NCBI GenBank assembly: GCA_031281265.1
Contig: JAITFO010000092.1
Location: 17,132 to 81,131 of the forward strand
DNA: 64,000 bases
Source of the DNA: Candidatus Fibrimonadaceae bacterium
Lineage (GTDB): Bacteria; Fibrobacterota; Fibrobacteria; Fibrobacterales; Fibrobacteraceae
Reading direction: 5' to 3'
Below, one piece after another: positions 44,609 to 53,879 of this stretch (position 1 is its first letter; every line of letters starts with the position of its first letter). A model generated the notes under the pieces. That model saw only the letters and a program-made list of their open reading frames with translations. It was not told the origin of the DNA and did no database searches. The position numbers and the translations under genes were made by a program.

Positions 44609-45206
44609 TGTAATGTTCTTTTCTCAAGGAAAGATACTCCTTATCATCTTTGAACGGGTCGTTTTCCTTGCCGAAATTTGTGAAACATACGGAATCGTCA
44701 GGGTCTTCAAAGAAATCTATTTCATTCATCTGCACTCTTTTGGTCAATCCAAACAGCTCACTTTCGTGCTTTTTCCATTCAGGATAACAATGCGATATTT
44801 CGCTCAATTTTCCCCAATCGCAAGCACCGAACTCCTTTAGTGCGAAATCAATGGACTCTTTGAAACTAGCCGATAATTCATCTTCTTCTTGTTGCTCGAT
44901 TTCAACATTGTTTTTATCCATTTCTTTGATTGAGGATAAATGCTTCGCATCGGCACAGTCCAAATTTAATAAGTTGCCTCTTAATATGTCTAATGTGGAA
45001 GAAGCCACAGGACCCAGCTTCATGGCATAATAATCATCGAGTGTTGCAGTTATCCCAAAATGGCGTATATGATACCTGTCCGAAAAGAATATCATTTTCA
45101 GCAAATACACTATATTGAAGCGGTCTTGATTGCTAGACGGAGCTTTTTTCTGTATATAATACAAGGCTTGCAGTATTTTGAGAGCTGAAAATCCATTGAT
45201 TGCCAT
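44586..45206 (-). CDS. Panacea (DUF4065, SocA/GepA-like) domain protein, putative antitoxin
   Basis: 'LKILQALYYIQK', 'DDYYAMKLGPVASS' and 'WGKLSEISHCYPEWKK' fit DUF4065. The start is set at MAINGFSAL; the track extension overlaps map. Confidence 0.7.
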   Translation of the reverse strand: MAINGFSALKILQALYYIQKKAPSSNQDRFNIVYLLKMIFFSDRYHIRHFGITATLDDYYAMKLGPVASSTLDILRGNLLNLDCADAKHLSSIKEMDKNNVEIEQQEEDELSASFKESIDFALKEFGACDWGKLSEISHCYPEWKKHESELFGLTKRVQMNEIDFFEDPDDSVCFTNFGKENDPFKDDKEYLSLRKEHYNAYHISR

Positions 45207-45235
45207 ATTTATAATATAGCAAATCGCGCCCGTAC

Positions 45236-45994
45236 CTATCGTGGCAAAGTGAGAATCTCCGCGCCGTGGGGGGTTATTGCAATGGTGTGTTCCCACTGGG
45301 CGGATAGTTTGCCGTCTGTCGTCACTGCCGTCCAGCCGTCGGGGAGGGTTCTGGTTTTGTAAGAGCCTTCGTTTATCATGGGCTCAATGGTGAAAACCAT
45401 GCCCTGTTCAATTCTTGGGCCGGGCAGCATTTGGCGGTAATGCAAAACTAAGGGGTCTTCGTGAAAAGCCCTGCCAATGCCGTGACCGCAGTAGTCGCGG
45501 ACTACGCTAAAGCCGTGCTCTTCGGTTATTCCGCTTATTATTGCACCTATGTCGCTGAAACGGGCGCCGGTTTTTTCGCAGGCTTTTATGCCCTCAAAAA
45601 GGCACTGGCGGGATGTTTCTACCAGTTCGCTCGCATTTGGCTTGGGTTTGCCAACAAAAAAGGTTGCGCTTGTGTCTGCGTGGTAGCCATTTAATATAGA
45701 GGTGATGTCCACGTTTATAATATCGCCATCTTTTAGCACATAAGTACCTGGAATTCCGTGAGTTACAACTTCATTTACGCTTGTGCAAACGCTTTTTGGG
45801 TAGCCTCTGTAGCCCAAGCAGGCTGGGATTGCGCCGTTTTTGAGCGTAAACTCCTTTACAAAGTCATCAATTTCTTGCGTAGAAACACCCGCTTTGCACA
45901 TTTCGCCGCTCCTTTCGAGGGTTTCCGCTACAAGCGCGCCACAGTCTCTTATGCGTTCTATTTCTTTGGGGGTTTTAATTAGAATTTTGGACAT
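45236..45994 (-). CDS. map: Type I methionine aminopeptidase
   Basis: 'GDIINVDITS', 'CGHGIG', 'FTIEPM' and 'EHTIAIT' metal-ligand contexts; 252 aa. Confidence 0.97.
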   Translation of the reverse strand: MSKILIKTPKEIERIRDCGALVAETLERSGEMCKAGVSTQEIDDFVKEFTLKNGAIPACLGYRGYPKSVCTSVNEVVTHGIPGTYVLKDGDIINVDITSILNGYHADTSATFFVGKPKPNASELVETSRQCLFEGIKACEKTGARFSDIGAIISGITEEHGFSVVRDYCGHGIGRAFHEDPLVLHYRQMLPGPRIEQGMVFTIEPMINEGSYKTRTLPDGWTAVTTDGKLSAQWEHTIAITPHGAEILTLPR

Positions 45995-46023
45995 ACTATG
46001 TTAATTGAGAGTTGAGAGTTGAG

Positions 46024-47070
46024 TTACTCACCTCTGTTTTTTGCAGCTGTATTTTTATAAGCATTGTGGTCGGAGAGGGTTTTGCTGAAGAAATGTTCGC
46101 GGGAGCCATCGTCTTTTGCTACGAAAAATAGGTTATCGGTTTGCACCGGGAATAATGTGGCTTCTATCGCTGCGCGCCCCGGATTTGCTATGGGCCCGGG
46201 CATAAGCCCTACGAACCTGCGAGTGTTGTAAGGGTTGCTGCTCGCAAGCTGGCTTTTGTAAATTGGGCCAGTCATATTGCGGAAAATAAATCGCACGGTT
46301 GGGTCTGCGCCAAGGGGCATACCTATTCTAAAACGGTTTATGAATACGCCCGCTATGTGAACCAGTTCTTGCGAAACGGCGGCTTCTTTTTCCACAACGC
46401 TCGCCATTGTTAGCACCATGTGCCAGTCGCCAAGCTCTTTCCATATCGGGCTGTTTTTTGCTTGCATCTCGTCACGGAGATTTAAATTTGCGTGCACCAA
46501 AATTTTTATTGTGCTCTGCTCGTCTGCACCATAAGGAAAAGCGTAAGTGTCTGGGAGAAGATAGCCTTCCAAGTCTTTTGCTTTTACTCCAAGAGATTCT
46601 GTAAACGGTTGGCTGTGCATAAGGCTATCCAACCTTGCGCTATCCAGTTTAAGAGGGGAATGTGAAAAAAGACCAGCTATTTCCCAAGTTGCCTTGCCTT
46701 CTGGTATGGTTATCTTTACGCTCGCTGTTTTGCCAGAGCTTAAAAGGCTCACAATTTGCTCTATGCTTTGCCCAGTAGGAATTTGATACCAGCCCGTTTT
46801 GAAATTAACCTTGCCGGAGTGAAGGCTGCACCACCATTTGAATGAACGTGAGCTTTCTATAACGCCGTTTTTCTGCAATAGCTTGCCGATTTGCGAAGCT
46901 CCGTAACCTTTTGGAATTTCCAGCAAAAGCGGTTCTGCAAGCGGCGAAGGTTTTTGCCATTGCTTGTAAACATAAAACACGCTGCCAATCCCAAGCCCAA
47001 CAAGGGCAAAAATCAGCAGGGTAAAAAGCGCAATAAATGTTTTCATAGTCTTTTTCCGGGTAAGACACAT
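46024..47070 (-). CDS. mltG: Endolytic murein transglycosylase MltG (YceG-like)
   Basis: N-terminal TM helix, 'MASVVEKEAAVSQE' catalytic region and 'YNTRRFVGLMPGPIANPG'. The true start may be the ATG at 47046. Confidence 0.9.
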   Translation of the reverse strand: MCLTRKKTMKTFIALFTLLIFALVGLGIGSVFYVYKQWQKPSPLAEPLLLEIPKGYGASQIGKLLQKNGVIESSRSFKWWCSLHSGKVNFKTGWYQIPTGQSIEQIVSLLSSGKTASVKITIPEGKATWEIAGLFSHSPLKLDSARLDSLMHSQPFTESLGVKAKDLEGYLLPDTYAFPYGADEQSTIKILVHANLNLRDEMQAKNSPIWKELGDWHMVLTMASVVEKEAAVSQELVHIAGVFINRFRIGMPLGADPTVRFIFRNMTGPIYKSQLASSNPYNTRRFVGLMPGPIANPGRAAIEATLFPVQTDNLFFVAKDDGSREHFFSKTLSDHNAYKNTAAKNRGE

Positions 47071-47097
47071 AAGAACTAATTTAGAAATTTCGCAACG

Positions 47098-49986
47098 CTA
47101 TGGGGTGGGGTGCCGCTGCACTTTTATCTTCATTTTGTCAGGAACGCCGGAGACACTTTTCATCAGGTATTTCTCCGCACGGTCTATGTATATGTTGGGC
47201 ATGTATATTTCAAGAAACATACGGCTCATATAATCGCGCTCGCCGCCGAGCATCCCGATTAAAAATATATGGCGCAATAAAAACTCGTCCGATTCCTTTA
47301 AGTCGTAATGGTCGTTCATCAAGGGAATCAACTTTGCCGCCTCTTTATATCTTTTGTGCATTGCCAAATCCATAAATTGGGTTTCTACCCCTACAGGAAT
47401 GGGGAGTTCACCAGCCATAAGCATAGCTTTTAATTCCGCGTAAAGGGGAATGGTGTCCCTGGCTTCGGAGAAAGGAGCCTTTGCAGACCACTTGCGGTAA
47501 TCAGTCCAAAAAGCAGCCCAGTTAAAATCCTCGCCCCTGTTTTTCAAAGACAAAAGCAGATGATTTTCCAGATATAAATTTCTGGGCAAATGCGGAGCGA
47601 GGCTATCTAAAAAAGCCCTTCTGGGAGCGTAGTCCACGGAGTCCAAAAAAGCAGGCCAGCAAATATTGCAGCTGTCAAAAGCGGATACAAAACCTACAAA
47701 GGTGTTTACAAAACGCGCCCGCTCCGCCTTGTTGTCCACAAGCGGAATGTACTCGCTATTGGCTTCCACCATTCTCATCACCGGTCTGACGCTGGCGGCA
47801 TTGAATAAAAAATTCTGCTCGCCAAAAAAATACCAAGGGAGGTGAATTGTTTTAAATTCCTCAACAAGCGCAGAGTCTTCTCTGAACCTATTTATGTGTT
47901 TTTGAAACACCGGTTCATCGCTTGCAACCATTATAACATCCAGCTCTTCCGGTGCACGATAGACATTCACGTATTTAAACGATTTATCCAATGCCTTTAT
48001 TATGTGGAGCAAAAGCTCGTTGCTGAATTCGTAGAGCTGAAGCCACTGAACCAATTGCCCGCCGGGGTTTAAGTAGCGTTTTATATGGTGGTAAAACTCA
48101 ACGCTAAAAAGGCTGGAAACGCCGCTAACCCAGGGGTTTGAAGGAACGCTTACTATTAAATCGTAGGAGAGGTTTTGGGTGTGGAAGAATGTTCGCGCAT
48201 CGCCTATGTGCAGGAACATTCTGGGGTCGTCAAAACTGCGGTGGTTGTAAGGGTAAAATCCCTTTTTTGCGAGGTTCACCATTTCCTCTTCTATCTCCAC
48301 GCAATCGAGCCGCTCCAAAAGAGGGTCTGCCAAAAGATAATGCGAACCCATGCCGCTGCCAAGCCCAATCATTGCGGCTTTGTAGGGCGCGTTGCGCATT
48401 GCCATAGGTATAAAAGCGGTGGCACTTTGCGTCAACTCATCGCCGCCTATTGCTCCACTCCGGTCTTTTGCCAAGCTGGCATCCGCTTTGCCGTTGGTTT
48501 TTATATAAAAACTCTTTTCGGCTTCGTGCAGGCTTATGGTAGCCGTTTTTCCGTTGCGAACATCAACCTTTTCGTTTTCCGGCAATTCCCGGTAAAAGCG
48601 AAATATGCCGCTCGTTATTCTATCGGGGTTAAAGTCCATGAATAAACTGGGCAAAAAAGCGAAAACGCAAATAGCTATAAATGCGAAATTTTTTCTGTAA
48701 ATAGGGAAAAACCAAAAGAGAATCAGCAAGCCCAAAACCAAGTCTATGAACACGCCCGTGAGCAACGCACCTTTGAGCTGAAAAACCGGAAGCAAAAAAA
48801 GTCCCGTTGCAACCGAGCCTAAAATTGCCCCTATGGTGTTCCAGCCATAAACGCTACCTATAAATTTTTCCGAGCCTGTTCTTTTTATTAGCCAGTAAGT
48901 TAAAATAGGCAAGGTCATCCCAGCAAAAAAACTGGTTGGAACCATCCACAAAACCGCAAGCGCATATTTGAATATGCTCCAAAAAGCATAACCCGATGCG
49001 GTTTGGTTAAAAATTTGGTTGGATTCATTCATAGCTATCCAAAACGGCACGTGAAAATAAAGCGTGCAAACCGCGAAGAAAGCCATGAGAATCTGCGCAA
49101 AAGCGAGGAGTTTAAGCGGCTCAAAATTTTTAGCCAAAAGTTTTCTGCAAGCAAGCCCGCCGAGCGCAAGCCCTAAAATAAACGCAGAAAGCATCTGGTC
49201 AAAACTGTGTGAGCTGGAACCCATCAAAAGCGAAAGCAGCCTAATCCATACAATTTCGTAAACAAAGGAAGTGAGGCCTGTGAGAGCGGAAAACAACAGC
49301 CACCATTTCACATTCAGGAATTCAGAGCTTCCCGCATTTGCAGGGGCAGGTTGTTCCGGCAAAACGCCATTATCATTTTTAGCAATCCGCCAAAAAAATA
49401 TGAACAGCGTAAAATTTATGCACCCCGCTATGCGGAGCGTGTTTGCATTACCAAGCGTTGGGATTATTATGTAGCTCGCCAGCAGAATTCCAAAACAGGC
49501 ACCAAGCGAGTTTGTGAAGTAGAGGAGCGGGAGCGAGGTTTTTCCGCTATCGCCGTCTCGTCTGGAAAGCCCCGCCGCTATAAAGGGAAAGGTCATGCCC
49601 AAGAGTATTGCAACGGGGAGAGTTGAAAATGTGGCTATGCAAATTTTAATAGCTTCTGCACCGCCTGCACCAAGTGCTCTGCTCCACTCGGAATCGTAGA
49701 ATAAATTTGTGGCAAAGATGTAAAGTGGGTGGTAAAACATTCCGCCAAAGCCTATGAGAACTTCCGTTATGGCGTAAGCCAGCAAGGGCTTTTTTATGCG
49801 GACAACCAGCCTGCCAGCGAGGAAGCTACCAAGCGCAAGCCCACCCATATAGACGCAAAGCGTGAGTATTTGCCCGTAGCTGGAATGTCCTAAAAATAAT
49901 TTTAAATAACGCGCCCAAGTTCCTTCATAAATTAATCCAGAAATCCCAGAAAGAGCAAAGAGGAGATATATTACGTAGTTGGGCAT
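47098..49986 (-). CDS. Fused polytopic membrane domain + spermidine-synthase-like methyltransferase-fold protein with long C-terminal extension
   Basis: About 12 TM helices, followed by 'MIGLGSGMGSHYLL...VEIEEEMVNLAKK...DLIVSVPSNPWVSGVSSLFSVEFY'. The start is set at MPNYVIYLL (the track start is GTG). Confidence 0.8.
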   Translation of the reverse strand: MPNYVIYLLFALSGISGLIYEGTWARYLKLFLGHSSYGQILTLCVYMGGLALGSFLAGRLVVRIKKPLLAYAITEVLIGFGGMFYHPLYIFATNLFYDSEWSRALGAGGAEAIKICIATFSTLPVAILLGMTFPFIAAGLSRRDGDSGKTSLPLLYFTNSLGACFGILLASYIIIPTLGNANTLRIAGCINFTLFIFFWRIAKNDNGVLPEQPAPANAGSSEFLNVKWWLLFSALTGLTSFVYEIVWIRLLSLLMGSSSHSFDQMLSAFILGLALGGLACRKLLAKNFEPLKLLAFAQILMAFFAVCTLYFHVPFWIAMNESNQIFNQTASGYAFWSIFKYALAVLWMVPTSFFAGMTLPILTYWLIKRTGSEKFIGSVYGWNTIGAILGSVATGLFLLPVFQLKGALLTGVFIDLVLGLLILFWFFPIYRKNFAFIAICVFAFLPSLFMDFNPDRITSGIFRFYRELPENEKVDVRNGKTATISLHEAEKSFYIKTNGKADASLAKDRSGAIGGDELTQSATAFIPMAMRNAPYKAAMIGLGSGMGSHYLLADPLLERLDCVEIEEEMVNLAKKGFYPYNHRSFDDPRMFLHIGDARTFFHTQNLSYDLIVSVPSNPWVSGVSSLFSVEFYHHIKRYLNPGGQLVQWLQLYEFSNELLLHIIKALDKSFKYVNVYRAPEELDVIMVASDEPVFQKHINRFREDSALVEEFKTIHLPWYFFGEQNFLFNAASVRPVMRMVEANSEYIPLVDNKAERARFVNTFVGFVSAFDSCNICWPAFLDSVDYAPRRAFLDSLAPHLPRNLYLENHLLLSLKNRGEDFNWAAFWTDYRKWSAKAPFSEARDTIPLYAELKAMLMAGELPIPVGVETQFMDLAMHKRYKEAAKLIPLMNDHYDLKESDEFLLRHIFLIGMLGGERDYMSRMFLEIYMPNIYIDRAEKYLMKSVSGVPDKMKIKVQRHPTP

Positions 49987-50049
49987 TGGCAGTGATATAA
50001 GGTAGAAAATTTTAATTCTTCTTTTTATATCACTGTATGCGCAAAACAC

Positions 50050-50946
50050 TTATCTAGGCCATGCACCGTCTGCAAGATTGCGCGGAATAAATGCTGAGTT
50101 TGTTACGTCTGAATTTCTGAAATCGAACATTTCAAAATCTGCTAAATTATCATCGGTGTCTCTATATTTAGAGAGTAATACTCGCTCGACTATATCGTCC
50201 CCATTGTCATCGACTCCAGCGATTCTTTCCGTTGTCTTGATTCGCGCAAAGCCCTTTTGCCTGGATTGACCTTCAGCATTGGATGGCTCACAAAAACCTT
50301 CACAACCGTCAACATCTTGGTCTACATAACCTGCATCATTGCCAGAAACACCGACCATATCCATATAACCGGCAATTTTCCCAGCTCCGTCTCCTGTGAA
50401 GGGATTTTTCAAAGAAGACGGCAATTCATTTTGATTGGATGTAATTACAACTTTAATGCCTTTATTCCATTTATAGTCATAAGCATCTTCAAAATTTTGG
50501 TCAAACTTCTTATCCTTTAAATTAAGGCGACCCGTTGGGGCATCTCCGGCTGGCCCCATGTGAACTAAGAAAGAATGACGTGCCGGAATTTCGCCCTTAA
50601 GATTCAGTTTAAGCCATTTCTGCATTCTTAGGGGACTAGCCAATACAGTTGCTTGTTCCGCTTCGTCGTCACGGCAACCAGCAGTGCATGCTATTTCACG
50701 TTGCATAGTTTTGTAATGCAATGCGTATTTGCCAGTCAATGTTACTGTTTGTTCGTTTGGGTTATAAATTTCTACAAAGCTATTCGTGCCACCAGAAGTA
50801 TTATCAGTACCAAAATAGACAAAACCAACCAATAATTTTGGGGAATCGCTCTGAGTGGGGGTTACTGGATCATCGTTATCCGAAGAACATGACATCACTA
50901 AAAATGTGAATGCGGATAGTGCTAAAATGGAAAATTTTTTGAACAT
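50050..50946 (-). CDS. Lipoprotein with lamin-tail-domain (LTD)-like module
   Basis: Lipobox 'LVMSCSSD' and 'NSFVEIYNPNEQTVTLTGKYALHY', the LTD hallmark. Confidence 0.6.
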   Translation of the reverse strand: MFKKFSILALSAFTFLVMSCSSDNDDPVTPTQSDSPKLLVGFVYFGTDNTSGGTNSFVEIYNPNEQTVTLTGKYALHYKTMQREIACTAGCRDDEAEQATVLASPLRMQKWLKLNLKGEIPARHSFLVHMGPAGDAPTGRLNLKDKKFDQNFEDAYDYKWNKGIKVVITSNQNELPSSLKNPFTGDGAGKIAGYMDMVGVSGNDAGYVDQDVDGCEGFCEPSNAEGQSRQKGFARIKTTERIAGVDDNGDDIVERVLLSKYRDTDDNLADFEMFDFRNSDVTNSAFIPRNLADGAWPR

Positions 50947-51055
50947 ATTTTCTCCTGTGGTTATTTGTTAAGTAAATAAATTAAAAAGTGATTGTTAAAT
51001 GACTGTTAAAGAACCATAACGGTAAAATTTAATTATGGTTAAATTTCGGTTAAAG

Positions 51056-52465
51056 TTATCTTGCAGTTGGGCTAAAAGTAAATACATCATGAGGTTCGCT
51101 TTTATTGATGGTGTAAGTTTTTATAGTCATGCTCTTGCCATTAACATCAACTATGGAATACTCCGGTATAAAACGTTGAGAATATGTTTCAACCGATTCG
51201 GGCAAATAACTAACACCGCCTATCTCTTGATTAAAATATGGATAAGTTGTTGTTATTTCTGCGTTACGATTAACTTCGTAATACTTTCCTCCGCTTGAAG
51301 TGCTAATAGCTAAATATATGGTACCTTTGCGGTCTGTGCTAGGGCGGTTATCTTTCATAAGTTTACTCCTAACATATATGTGGTCGTGCCCACCAATCAC
51401 TAAATCCACACCTTCTGCGGTCATCATTTCCTGAAAACCAGCTTCTACAAAATTTTTTACATCAACATCTCTAGCATGTCCGGCTACGCTGTTAGTGGGT
51501 TTGTGATGATGAACAACCAGCCAGTCGTATTTTCCAGCATTTGCAGTTTTTGCCGCTTTTATGGTGTTTGTGAATTTGGTTATATAAGGGCGTGCTTCCG
51601 CTACATTTGCTGGGATTGGTGCTCCGGTGTTTAACCCAACAAAAAGAACATTGTTGTAGAGATAATAATAATTGGCGACGTTTTCAATAAATACTCCGTT
51701 GGAAGTTTTGCAACCAGATTCTGGATAACTTGCCTTCTCTTGTTCGTTAGGCAAATTAAAATGATACATAAAAGAACAAGACAAATCGTTATTGCCTATC
51801 ACAGGAGCAAAAGGATAATTGCGAAGTGGAGCCGGAGCGTAAAAAAGCGCATATTCCGTTTCCATACCGTTGTCCACTTGGTCGCCGGCACTCAAAATAA
51901 AACTCACGTTTGCTTCTACAACTTTATCAAGGGTTTCTGCCCAGCCTTCTGCCGTAGTTTTGCGAGGAATAGGATATTTGCTCATGGCATCTTGCCTACC
52001 CGTTGTAAGCTGAGGGTCTGCTATCAACGCAAATCTCAAAGGGCCCGCTGCTGGAACACTATAATTATATTTATCACTCCACACAACGCTGTCGCTGGAT
52101 AGCGAATATTTGTAACTTGTACCCGCCGTTAAACCGTTTACAGTTACCTTGTGATAAAGTTTGCCAGATACTGCCGCACCTACTTTTCCCGATGATGTTG
52201 TTGAAATTATATTATCGTTTGAGCCATAAATGCGAACGATGGATTTGTTATTGTTTTCTGCGTCATCGGAATACCAATTGAAATTTATTTCGCTAACATC
52301 AGAACCTGGCGTAAGCCCAATCATTTCAAAAGGAGCACCAACAACCGAGTGAAAAACCGGTTCATCCAATGGCTCATTATCGTTGCTCGAAAAGCACGAC
52401 AACACAAAGAACGCTAATGGCATTGAAAGCAAGAATGAGTTTTTTTTAAACATAATTTTTCCCAT
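51056..52465 (-). CDS. Secreted calcineurin-like metallophosphoesterase with purple-acid-phosphatase-type N-terminal domain
   Basis: 'FALIADPQL', 'SAGDQVDNG', 'GNNDL', 'VVHHHKP' and 'GGHDHIY' motifs. The N-terminal 'NFNWYSD...YKYSL' is an Fn3-like domain. Confidence 0.85.
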   Translation of the reverse strand: MGKIMFKKNSFLLSMPLAFFVLSCFSSNDNEPLDEPVFHSVVGAPFEMIGLTPGSDVSEINFNWYSDDAENNNKSIVRIYGSNDNIISTTSSGKVGAAVSGKLYHKVTVNGLTAGTSYKYSLSSDSVVWSDKYNYSVPAAGPLRFALIADPQLTTGRQDAMSKYPIPRKTTAEGWAETLDKVVEANVSFILSAGDQVDNGMETEYALFYAPAPLRNYPFAPVIGNNDLSCSFMYHFNLPNEQEKASYPESGCKTSNGVFIENVANYYYLYNNVLFVGLNTGAPIPANVAEARPYITKFTNTIKAAKTANAGKYDWLVVHHHKPTNSVAGHARDVDVKNFVEAGFQEMMTAEGVDLVIGGHDHIYVRSKLMKDNRPSTDRKGTIYLAISTSSGGKYYEVNRNAEITTTYPYFNQEIGGVSYLPESVETYSQRFIPEYSIVDVNGKSMTIKTYTINKSEPHDVFTFSPTAR

Positions 52466-52507
52466 TGATTATAAAACCAATACGAGCAAAAATATAAGAA
52501 ACAGTTG

Positions 52508-52546
52508 TTACAAAAAAATTACAACAAGGTTAAATAATAATTAAAC
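52508..52546. promoter_or_regulatory. Four direct hexamers with exact 11-bp phasing (TTACAA, TTACAA, TTAAAT, TTAAAC) in a divergent promoter region
   Basis: Hexamers start at 52508, 52519, 52530 and 52541. They lie between the phosphoesterase (minus) and porin (plus) genes. Confidence 0.3.
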
Positions 52547-52612
52547 TATTAAAATGTAACATTTATTTAACAAATGGATTCTAGATTATATTTTTTTAAT
52601 TAAGAAGGCTCT

Positions 52613-53860
52613 ATGATTAGGAAAAATTTTTTTATCTTTGTTTTGTCAATTTGCAGTTGGGCAATTTCTGCTGACATTTCGTTTTATGGGCGTTTGGAAT
52701 TGAACGCTGCTTATGAAAACGGCAACACAACAGGATTGTGGACAAGTACTGTTTTGCCTAAAGCCGATACTATGCAAGGCAGAACCACTCTTTCTGCCGC
52801 TCGTACAAGATTAGGTTTTAACATATCCGACACTTCAAAAAGCGAACTGGAAGCAACCGGAAGATTTGAGGCGGACTTTGCAGGTAGCAGCGATTTTGGC
52901 AACTATAACGGTTCCGACAAATTTCGCCTAAGGCAATCCTATGGCTCGGTAAAATTCAAAAATATAGGTTTAACGTTTTTAATAGGGCAAACAGACAATT
53001 TAATGGCTCCTTATGACCCTCCTTCTGTAAACCCCGGCAGCCTTGCAGGTGTGGGCAATATGGGCAACCGCGTTCCGCAAATCCGTTTAACACAAGTGCT
53101 TGGGCCTGTTGACATATCCGTTGCAGCAACACATGACAGAGTAAGAGATGGCAATGACCATCGCCCCCCTTCATCGCCCGGTGTGCAAGGCCGTTTAGGG
53201 TTAAAACTTCCAGCAGCTTGGGCTGGTGAAAAAGCAAATATTGCAACCGGCATCACTGGCCATTATGCCAAAGAAGAATCTGCAGAACAAAACGACAAGC
53301 ACCGCGAGAAAAGAGGCCCAGCATCTTGGTCGCTTGGATTAGATTTGTCATTGCCTGTTATAAGTATTCTAACTTTTACAGGAGAATTTTTTATGGGGCA
53401 GAACCTCCGCAATTATGATGCAAGCCTTGGTTTGCACCTTCTCAGCAACAAATATCCAGATGACCCAAATTACGACAACATTCTGGAACATGGCATACAA
53501 TCTATTGGTGGATGGGGAGCTATTGAAATTAAATTTCCTGCTGATTTTTCTGGCGCAACTGGCATAGGAATGGAAGTTCTTGACGATGGAAGCGTAATAA
53601 GCGTAAAGCCTGTGGCAAAACCTGGAGACGACAAACCAAAAAGCAATATGTTTGCATTCGCAAATCTTGGTTATAACTTCACGTCAACTACAAAACTTAC
53701 TTTTGAATATCTCCGCCTCGCAAGTTCTTACCCTAACAGAATAGGAGAAGAACCAATCGGTACAAGGAAAGGAGAGCCAGTGTTCGCATTGAACGGCCCA
53801 AAAGTTGATAGTGGAAACTTGAGCCGCTATGAATTGAATTTCAGATATAATTTTAAATAA
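52613..53860 (+). CDS. Outer-membrane porin (possibly phosphate-selective OprO/P-like)
   Basis: Signal peptide, 'ISFYGRLELNAAYEN', 'ARTRLGFNIS', alternating beta pattern and a C-terminal 'YELNFRYNFK'. Confidence 0.55.
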   Translation: MIRKNFFIFVLSICSWAISADISFYGRLELNAAYENGNTTGLWTSTVLPKADTMQGRTTLSAARTRLGFNISDTSKSELEATGRFEADFAGSSDFGNYNGSDKFRLRQSYGSVKFKNIGLTFLIGQTDNLMAPYDPPSVNPGSLAGVGNMGNRVPQIRLTQVLGPVDISVAATHDRVRDGNDHRPPSSPGVQGRLGLKLPAAWAGEKANIATGITGHYAKEESAEQNDKHREKRGPASWSLGLDLSLPVISILTFTGEFFMGQNLRNYDASLGLHLLSNKYPDDPNYDNILEHGIQSIGGWGAIEIKFPADFSGATGIGMEVLDDGSVISVKPVAKPGDDKPKSNMFAFANLGYNFTSTTKLTFEYLRLASSYPNRIGEEPIGTRKGEPVFALNGPKVDSGNLSRYELNFRYNFK

Positions 53861-53879
53861 TTTTTTTACTTGGGCAAGG

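Noticed and set aside
46003-46025. An AATTGAGAGTTGAGA-type motif shared between the map-mltG spacer (46003..46025), the FtsK linker (reverse complement of 1640..1673) and the region after xseB (26539..26553).
   Set aside because: The matches are only 15-17 nt. In 64 kb of AT-leaning sequence searched on both strands, a few exact 15-mers are expected by chance, so I do not claim a dispersed repeat family. The local FtsK palindrome is reported separately.
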